Under the pieces are notes generated by a model, which worked only from the letters and a program-made list of their open reading frames with translations, ran no database searches and was not told where the DNA came from. The translations under genes were made by a program, and so were the position numbers. Below are positions 56,776 to 63,070 of a stretch of DNA of 64,000 nt, in pieces. Source of the DNA: Gillisia sp. (GTDB lineage Bacteria; Bacteroidota; Bacteroidia; Flavobacteriales; Flavobacteriaceae); NCBI GenBank assembly GCA_039989915.1, contig JBDXGW010000001.1, positions 193,527-257,526 of the forward strand. Direction: 5' to 3'. Numbering within the stretch: position 1 is the stretch's first letter; every line of letters begins with the position of its first letter.

Positions 56776-57033
56776 GGGGTTTAGTAGTTAGTTCTTAGTT
56801 CTTAGTAGTTAGAAGGATCTCTTGAGGCGCTTACTCCTGAGACGCTTACTCCTGAGACGCGAAGCATCTTTTGTGGCGTAAGGCATTACGCCTTTACTTT
56901 TTTTCTGAGACGCGAAGCATCTCTTGAGAGGCACAAGCATTGCGCCTTTACTTTCTTTTCCTGAGACACGAAGCATCGCGTCTTTACTCTCTTTTCCTCT
57001 TTGTCTTTTTTTCTCTTTCCCTCCCGTAGGGCC
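56776..57033. repeat. Intercistronic spacer of tandem degenerate units of about 45 bp, each with a stem-loop
   Basis: Hairpins at 56882-56899 (ggcgtaa/ttacgcc), 56937-56953 (ggcaca/tgcgcc) and 56965-56982 (gacacg/cgcgtc). Each is followed by tttact(y)t plus a pyrimidine run. Direct repeats cttactcctgagacg x2 and (t)tagt(t)agtt words are also present. Confidence 0.8.
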
Positions 57034-58248
57034 TTACTGCTTCCTGTGCGCCAGCACCACCGGTGGCTCCCCGTTAAAAGGATTGGTCATTCTTCCTATG
57101 GTCTTTGCGCCCAGAGAGGCGGCTCGCAACACACTGCGGTCGCCGTAACGGTTTCGTATCTTATCCATCGCATTGTATAATTGAAGTACTTCTTCATTGT
57201 CATCAAATAGATTTATCTGGTAATTCCCGCCGGCGAGGTGGCTAAAGCGTATGCCTATGAGCCTTACCAGCAGCCTGCGGTTGTAGAGTTTTTTAAAGAT
57301 CTCCTGGATCTTGGGGATGAGGATATGGTCGGCACTGGTGTACGGGATCTTGAGTTGCCGGGTATAGGTGTTGAAATCTGAATACCTGATCTTTACCGCG
57401 ATACAGGAGGTGAGTTTGTCTCCCCGGCGCAGCTGGTAAGCCAGATTCTCTGTCATGGCCAGCAGGATAGCCTGCAGTCTTGCCACATCAATAGTATCGC
57501 GGTCAAAAGTGCGCTCGGTAGAAATAGATTTTCGTTCAGAATAGGGGATCACCGGGGTGTTATCTACTCCCTGTGCGCGGTGCCAGATGGTGGTGCCGTT
57601 GCTGCCCAGCACCTTTTGCATCATTTCCAGCGGCATTTCCTGGATGGTCTTAATTTGTCTCACGCCCAGGTTGCGCAGGGTCTGGTAGGTTTTATCGCCT
57701 ACCATGGGGATCTTTCTTACAGATAGCGGCGCCAGGAATTCCTTCTCAAATCCTGAATCAATTTTTAACTGATTGTTGGGCTTAGCCTCATTGGTGGCTA
57801 CTTTGGATACTATTTTGTTTACTGAAAGTCCAAAGGAAATAGGCAGCCCGGTTTCCCGAATGATCCTTTTACGAAGTTCAGAAGCGTATTTATAGCAGCC
57901 AAAAAAGCGGTCCATCCCTGTAAGATCGGCATAGAATTCATCAATGCTGGATTTTTCAAAGAGGGGAACATCTGCCCGGATGATATCTGTGACATCTTTG
58001 GAATATTTGGTATATGTCCCCGCGTCGCCACGAATCACTGTAGCTTCGGGACAAAGCTGCCGCGCCAGTTTCATGGACATACCGGAGTGTACTCCAAAGG
58101 CCCGGGTCTCATAGCTGCACGCCGCAACCACCCCACGGTCGCTGATCCCGCCCACCAGTAACGGCCGGTGTAAAAGCCGGCTATCCAGCAGCCGTTCTAC
58201 AGAGACGTAGAAGGTATCAAGATCAAGATGTAATACTGTTTTTATCAT
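57034..58248 (-). CDS. Y-family DNA polymerase (DinB/ImuB-like) with intact catalytic residues
   Basis: HLDLDTFYVSVE and SIDEFYADLT align to the DinB catalytic D/D/E. Little-finger region present. The start is set at MIKTVLHLD (58248). Confidence 0.9.
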   Translation of the reverse strand: MIKTVLHLDLDTFYVSVERLLDSRLLHRPLLVGGISDRGVVAACSYETRAFGVHSGMSMKLARQLCPEATVIRGDAGTYTKYSKDVTDIIRADVPLFEKSSIDEFYADLTGMDRFFGCYKYASELRKRIIRETGLPISFGLSVNKIVSKVATNEAKPNNQLKIDSGFEKEFLAPLSVRKIPMVGDKTYQTLRNLGVRQIKTIQEMPLEMMQKVLGSNGTTIWHRAQGVDNTPVIPYSERKSISTERTFDRDTIDVARLQAILLAMTENLAYQLRRGDKLTSCIAVKIRYSDFNTYTRQLKIPYTSADHILIPKIQEIFKKLYNRRLLVRLIGIRFSHLAGGNYQINLFDDNEEVLQLYNAMDKIRNRYGDRSVLRAASLGAKTIGRMTNPFNGEPPVVLAHRKQ

Positions 58249-58266
58249 AATGTTCGCTGCGCTCAC

Positions 58267-58735
58267 GTTTGTAGTTTAGAGTTTATGGTTTAAAAAAGTA
58301 GTGAGTAGTGAGTGGGGAGTAGTGATTAGTGATCAGTCATTAATTCGCTTCGCTCACGTTCGGGGTTCAGGGTTTAGTTCAGGGTTAGTTTGTACTAATT
58401 ATCAACCTACACCTGACAACTCACAACTCACAATCCATAACTCCTAACTCATTTTTTAGTGATTAGGGAATAGTGAGTAGTGAGTGGTGAATAGTGAGTA
58501 GTGAGTGGTGAATAGTAAATAGTGAGTAGTGAGATATGAGAAAACTCCTTTATCCATTTACCTTTCCGCTTTTCCTCTTTGACTTTTTAACTCTTCCAAT
58601 CCACTTTCCACTCTTTTCCTCTTTAACTCTTTTCCTATTTATCTTTTTTAACCTACAACCTTACAACCTTACAACCTTACAACCCCTAACTTCTAACTTC
58701 TAACTTCTAACTCCTAACTCAACTTGGAATCTTTA
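58267..58735. repeat. Simple-repeat mosaic upstream of the polymerase operon
   Basis: C-free blocks at 58267-58333 and 58451-58544 ((a)gtgagt/gaatagtga words). G-free block at 58582-58725 (ccactttcc, ccttacaa x3, taacttc x3). No ORF. Confidence 0.85.
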
Positions 58736-58798
58736 CAAAATTATGGAATTATTCCATTAAATAGGAAATAATCCAATGTTAAAGTTGGACTTATTCCA
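58736..58798. promoter_or_regulatory. Candidate divergent promoter/operator of the LexA-like repressor
   Basis: Perfect 7-1-7 palindrome ATGGAATTATTCCAT (58743-58757). Two related sites follow: GGAAATAATCC (58764-58774) and TGGACTTATTCCA (58786-58798). A minus-strand TAATTTTG -7 box (58736-58743) abuts the palindrome. Confidence 0.4.
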
Positions 58799-58817
58799 AA
58801 AAAAATTATATTTGTGT

Positions 58818-59585
58818 ATGGGAACAGATGTAACAATAGAGGTTAAGCGATTTAAGGAAATTCGCGATGACCATAATTTCACCCAATCGGAATTTGCAGA
58901 GGTGTTGGGAATCAAGAATTCCACTGCCGATATTGAGCGGGGTCGCACCAAATTATCGGGTAAGATCGTAGCAGAACTCTTGCGGCAATTTGGGGTAAAT
59001 CCCCTTTGGTTGTTTGGAGACAGCAGCCAGAAATACCTCCCGGTGAACAAGGGGGATGTAAGTCCAAAAGTGGTGACCGTAAACAGCGGGGAAGAGGAGA
59101 ATATAGTTCTTGTAAATCAAAAAGCTGCTGCAGGTTATCCCTCCAATGTTCAGGATGTGGAATGGTACCAGCAACTGCCGGCATTTGATATACCGCTACC
59201 CGAATACCGCAATGCCACTTACCGTGGGTTTCAGGTAGAAGGAGATAGTATGATGCCCAATTTAAGACCGGGAGAGTGGGTCTTGGGAAAAGCGGTGCCC
59301 AGTATTGCAGAAGTAAGCTACAGCAAGATCTATGTGGTGGTATTGTATGATTCGGTTCTGGTCAAGAAGATCCAGAAAATGGAAGATCCCTATAAGATCC
59401 TTCTGGTTTCCATCAATGAAGAATATCCACCTGTACAGGTTCTGGTAAGTGAGATCCAGGAATTATGGCAGGTGAACAGCAAGCTCACTTTCAGTATTGA
59501 CGCAACTTCAGAAAACGGATTGCTGCGGCAGTTGCAACAGTCTATGGAAGAATTGAAAAGCGAGTTCAAAACCTTAAAGCACTAA
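58818..59585 (+). CDS. Non-canonical LexA-like repressor (XRE-type HTH plus S24 autopeptidase)
   Basis: HTH FTQSEFAEVLGIKNSTADIERGRTKLS. Cleavage-site-like KAAAGYP (compare LexA VAAGEP). Ser nucleophile in EGDSMMP. Lys in VLVKKIQ. It is divergent from the polymerase operon. The start is set at MGTDV (58818); TTG 58776 is also possible. Confidence 0.85.
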   Translation: MGTDVTIEVKRFKEIRDDHNFTQSEFAEVLGIKNSTADIERGRTKLSGKIVAELLRQFGVNPLWLFGDSSQKYLPVNKGDVSPKVVTVNSGEEENIVLVNQKAAAGYPSNVQDVEWYQQLPAFDIPLPEYRNATYRGFQVEGDSMMPNLRPGEWVLGKAVPSIAEVSYSKIYVVVLYDSVLVKKIQKMEDPYKILLVSINEEYPPVQVLVSEIQELWQVNSKLTFSIDATSENGLLRQLQQSMEELKSEFKTLKH

Positions 59586-59588
59586 AAA

Positions 59589-59611
59589 ATCCATTCTGGT
59601 TAGGAATGGAT
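59589..59611. terminator. Hairpin terminator shared by the LexA-like gene and paralog P3
   Basis: atccattc-tggttag-gaatggat with flanking A6 and T-rich runs. Confidence 0.6.
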
Positions 59612-59640
59612 CTTTAAAATTTTAAGTAATAACCGGATGG

Positions 59641-59784
59641 TTAATCCAGGTCATCTCCAATATCGTCTACTGCATCTTCAACATCATCTGCAGCTTTTTC
59701 AACACCAGACCTGTCATCTCTACAGGAAGTAAAAACTACACTGGTAGAAAAGGCAAGTGCCAGTACAAACATTAATTTTTTCAT
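59641..59784 (-). CDS. Small highly acidic lipoprotein, SCRET-family paralog P3 (47 aa; not in the ORF track)
   Basis: My translation of the minus strand is MKKLMFVLALAFSTSVVFTSCRDDRSGVEKAADDVEDAVDDIGDDLD*. The signal peptide, lipobox and VEKAADD segment are homologous to P4. Confidence 0.6.
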   Translation of the reverse strand: MKKLMFVLALAFSTSVVFTSCRDDRSGVEKAADDVEDAVDDIGDDLD

Positions 59785-59824
59785 AATTCAAGTTTTAGTG
59801 GTTGGAATATTAAATATAAAAAAA

Positions 59825-59858
59825 ATCGGGAGAAAACCTATTAAAGTTTTCTCCCGAT
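59825..59858 (-). terminator. Terminator of paralog P4
   Basis: atcgggagaaaac...gttttctcccgat, a 13-bp perfect stem with flanking A8 and T-rich runs. Confidence 0.8.
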
Positions 59859-59868
59859 TTCTTTATTA

Positions 59869-60114
59869 TTAAAGATCGTCGTTACCTTCAATCTCATCTT
59901 CCACATCCTGTGCAGCACGCTCAACAGCATTTCCTGCATCATCGGCGGCTCTTTCAACGTCGTTACCTACATCATCCAGGTCATCAACGTCATCAAGATC
60001 ATCCATGTCGTCATTTACTTCTATTTCATTTTTTTCTTCAGTTGTTTCTCTACAAGAAGTGAAAAATGCACTGAAAGTAAAAGCAGTCGCTAATATTAAA
60101 ATTGACTTTTTCAT
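59869..60114 (-). CDS. Small highly acidic lipoprotein, SCRET-family paralog P4 (81 aa)
   Basis: Lipobox FFTSC followed by RETTEEK. Internal repeats DDLDDV x2 and GN(D/A)VERAA x2. By hand count about 27 of 60 mature residues are D/E. Confidence 0.7.
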   Translation of the reverse strand: MKKSILILATAFTFSAFFTSCRETTEEKNEIEVNDDMDDLDDVDDLDDVGNDVERAADDAGNAVERAAQDVEDEIEGNDDL

Positions 60115-60181
60115 TGTTTCGTGTTTTAATTAATAGTTTTTGATTGGGTTAAGAATATTAAACTTGATTATGAAATACCAA

Positions 60182-60418
60182 CTAGTTATCGTCAATATCA
60201 TCTATTTTACGATCAATTTCTCTATTGATCTTGTCATCCACTTTTTTGGCACTTCTCTCGAAAACGCCTTCCCGCTCTTCAACTTTCACCTCAACCGGCT
60301 GGGTTCTTTCCACTTCAACTTCTCTTATTACCGTTTCCTTTTCAGCAGTTTCCCTGCAGGAAATTAAAGTTGTAGCCGATGCAAGAATTATTGCAGTACT
60401 TAAAATAATTCGTTTCAT
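60182..60418 (-). CDS. Small charged lipoprotein, SCRET-family paralog P5 (78 aa)
   Basis: Lipobox TLISC followed by RETAEKE. The mature part is E/V/R/K-rich with an acidic tail KIDDIDDN. The start is set at MKRIIL (60418). Confidence 0.7.
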   Translation of the reverse strand: MKRIILSTAIILASATTLISCRETAEKETVIREVEVERTQPVEVKVEEREGVFERSAKKVDDKINREIDRKIDDIDDN

Positions 60419-60533
60419 ATTATATATGATTAAATTTCTCTTGGTCGAAATTACCACATAAATTATTCGAGCACTCTTGTTTTTGGTAAATTTTAATATA
60501 AATTAAAAGAAATTTTAGCTTTTGCGAGGAAAT

Positions 60534-61784
60534 TTAAGGGTTTTTAACATTTGAAGCTTCTAAATAAGCCTCAACAATGCTTCCAGCCCCGGTGTTATCT
60601 TTAATAAATCGGTCGCCTATTGCTCCGCATTCTTTTCTGAGATCATCATTTGTCAACAATCGGGTGAAAATTTCCTGAAGTTCCTCTGGTGTGTTTACAG
60701 AGAAAAGCCCTCCAAGATCCCGGAGATTTGTTGCTTCAGGGAAATTCTTAAAATTCCTACCTATAACAATAGGAACACCAAAAGCTGCCGGTTCCAGGAT
60801 ATTATGAAGCCCGGTGTTCCCGGCGGCCCCTCCCACATAAGCAAGGTCTGCGTAACTATAAATACGGGTGAGCAGGCCAATAGTATCAATGATCACAACC
60901 TTAAATTCTGAAAGGTTACCTTTTTCCTTTTCTGAAAATAATATCACCGGGGGATTGATCTTTTTTCTGAAAGTTTCAATATCCTCCTTTTTGATTTGAT
61001 GCGGCGCAAGGATAAACTTTACTTCTTCAGGTGAATTATTAATAAATTCCAGCAACAGCTTTTCATCCTCCGGCCAGGTGCTTCCTGCCACTATGCAGGT
61101 CTTTCCGCCAAGAAAGACATCTATGAAATTCAGATGATTATCCATTTTGAGTTGGCGCGAAACCCGGTCAAACCGCGTGTCCCCGCTCACGGTTACATTG
61201 CTGAAGCCAATTGAATGGAGCAACTCTTTGGATTGTTCATTTTGAACAAAGAAGTGTTCAAAGGTTTGCAGCGATCTTTTCATCCAGCTGCCATACGATT
61301 TAAAGAAAACCTGATCCTTCCGGAAAGCACCGGAAATAAGTAGGGTGCGAATAGTATGGTCTTTGAGTACCTGTAAGTAATTTGGCCAGAACTCATATTT
61401 AATGAACAACGCCAGGTCCGGATGCATTATTTCTATAAAAGTTTTTGCATTTGCGGGAGTATCCAGCGGAAGATACACTACAACATCTGCCAGGGGGGTG
61501 TTCTTTTTATTCTCATAACCGGATGGGGAAAAAAAACTTACCACTATCTTGTGTTTAGGATAGATCCTTTTTACGATCTCAATTATAGGGACCCCCTGTT
61601 CAAACTCCCCAAGGGAAGCTGCATGGAACCAGATAACCTTATCTTCGGGCTTGATATTCTTCTCTAAAACTGAAAAAGTATCTTTTCTCCCATCAACAAA
61701 TTGCTTCATTTTAGGACTAAAAGCTGCAGGGATAGGAAGCAGCTTTTCTGCCGCGCGAATTAATGCATTATAAAGTTTGTTCAA
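60534..61784 (-). CDS. waaA: 3-deoxy-D-manno-octulosonic acid (Kdo) transferase
   Basis: IWFHAASLGEFEQGVPII block and a GT-B C-terminal half (VGGAAGNTGLHNILEPAAFGVPI). 416 aa, TTG start. Confidence 0.9.
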   Translation of the reverse strand: MNKLYNALIRAAEKLLPIPAAFSPKMKQFVDGRKDTFSVLEKNIKPEDKVIWFHAASLGEFEQGVPIIEIVKRIYPKHKIVVSFFSPSGYENKKNTPLADVVVYLPLDTPANAKTFIEIMHPDLALFIKYEFWPNYLQVLKDHTIRTLLISGAFRKDQVFFKSYGSWMKRSLQTFEHFFVQNEQSKELLHSIGFSNVTVSGDTRFDRVSRQLKMDNHLNFIDVFLGGKTCIVAGSTWPEDEKLLLEFINNSPEEVKFILAPHQIKKEDIETFRKKINPPVILFSEKEKGNLSEFKVVIIDTIGLLTRIYSYADLAYVGGAAGNTGLHNILEPAAFGVPIVIGRNFKNFPEATNLRDLGGLFSVNTPEELQEIFTRLLTNDDLRKECGAIGDRFIKDNTGAGSIVEAYLEASNVKNP

Positions 61785-61882
61785 GCCGTTGGGTTTTAAA
61801 TGCTAAAATACCTCTTTCTTAAAAATTGCATTGGTGATGGGGTCTATATTTTGTATTTTCGGGGGGTCTAATTACAAAGCAA

Positions 61883-63016
61883 ATGAAAAAGATTCAAATG
61901 GTTGACCTCCAGGGTCAATACCACACTATAAAAGATAAAATAAACGCATCTCTTCAGGAAATTATGGAAACCTCGGCCTTTATCAACGGCCCGGAGGTAC
62001 AAAAATTTCAGAAAGAACTCGAGGAGTATCTCCAGGTAAAGCACGTAATTCCTTGTGCCAATGGTACAGACGCCCTTCAAATTGCGATGATGGGTCTTGG
62101 GCTTCAGCCCGGGGATGAGGTGATCACTGCCGATTTCACATTTGCCGCCACCGTTGAGGTTATTGCGCTCCTGCAATTAACACCGGTACTTGTTGATGTT
62201 GAACCCAATACTTTTAATATAGATCCCCAGGCCATAAGAAAAGCCATCACCCCACGTACCCGTGCAATTGTGCCCGTACATTTATTTGGCCAAACTGCCA
62301 ATATGGATGCAGTCATGGAAATTGCAAGGGAAAACAACTTATATGTCATTGAAGATAACGCCCAGGCCATTGGTGCCAATTTCCATTCTAAGGAAGGGAA
62401 AACTCTTAAAGCCGGTGTGATAGGTGATGTTGCCTCTACCTCATTTTTTCCCTCTAAAAATCTTGGATGTTTTGGCGATGGGGGAGCGATCTTCACCAAT
62501 GATGATGAGCTGGCCCATATGATACGGGGGATAGTAAATCACGGAATGTATGAGCGTTACCATCATGATGTGGTAGGCGTTAATTCAAGACTGGACAGTT
62601 TCCAGGCGGCAGTATTACGGGCTAAACTTCCCCATCTGAATGAGTATAATGCCGCCAGGCAGGCAAGTGCTGCGAAGTACGATGCAGCTTTTAAAGGTCA
62701 GGAAAACATTCTTACCCCATTTCGGGCCGGAGAAGCGGATACGCATGTGTTTCATCAATATACCCTCAAGATCACCAACGGGAAAAGGGATGAATTGGTT
62801 AAACATTTAAATGAAAAGGGAATTCCTTGTGGGGTGTATTATCCAATCCCGCTTCATAGCCAGAAAGCTTATAAAAGTTCAAGATATAATGAAGCCGACT
62901 TCCCGGTGACGAATAAGTTAATAAAGGAAGTCATCTCACTTCCAATGCATACAGAACTTACAGACGATCAAATTCAGCTCATATCACAAACCGTGATTGA
63001 ATTTGTAAACAATTAG
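61883..63016 (+). CDS. DegT/DnrJ/EryC1/StrS-family PLP-dependent sugar aminotransferase
   Basis: N-terminus IQMVDLQGQY...IMETSAFINGPEVQKFEKE-like. CANGTDAL. The SFFPSKNLG lysine block. Confidence 0.9.
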   Translation: MKKIQMVDLQGQYHTIKDKINASLQEIMETSAFINGPEVQKFQKELEEYLQVKHVIPCANGTDALQIAMMGLGLQPGDEVITADFTFAATVEVIALLQLTPVLVDVEPNTFNIDPQAIRKAITPRTRAIVPVHLFGQTANMDAVMEIARENNLYVIEDNAQAIGANFHSKEGKTLKAGVIGDVASTSFFPSKNLGCFGDGGAIFTNDDELAHMIRGIVNHGMYERYHHDVVGVNSRLDSFQAAVLRAKLPHLNEYNAARQASAAKYDAAFKGQENILTPFRAGEADTHVFHQYTLKITNGKRDELVKHLNEKGIPCGVYYPIPLHSQKAYKSSRYNEADFPVTNKLIKEVISLPMHTELTDDQIQLISQTVIEFVNN

Positions 63017-63070
63017 AGATCTCTTGATGCGAATTGCAAATGCCTTATAAAAAACAATAAATATCAATTT

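Noticed and set aside
56809-56976. A 55-aa very basic ORF on the minus strand between polY and dnaE2 (MLRVSGKESKGAMLVPLKRCFASQKKSKGVMPYATKDASRLRSKRLRSKRLKRSF), possibly standing in for imuA.
   Set aside because: It is a direct translation of the tandem hairpin units. Its three Met codons are the ATG of each hairpin loop, and its low-complexity K/R/S composition follows from the purine-rich repeats. It shows no resemblance to ImuA/RecA-like proteins. I kept it only as a note, and Ribo-seq could revisit it.
56924-57148. Plus-strand 74-aa ORF in the track spanning the spacer and the polY 3' end.
   Set aside because: It is antisense to polY and to the repeat spacer. Its low-complexity S/F/P/L composition comes from the pyrimidine runs, and it has no signal of a real gene.
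58807-58814. TATATTTG as the -7 box of the LexA-like gene's own promoter.
   Set aside because: It sits only about 3 nt upstream of the preferred ATG (58818). Transcription from it would start at or after that codon. It may indicate a leaderless mRNA or a different start (TTG 58776), and the evidence is too ambiguous to call.
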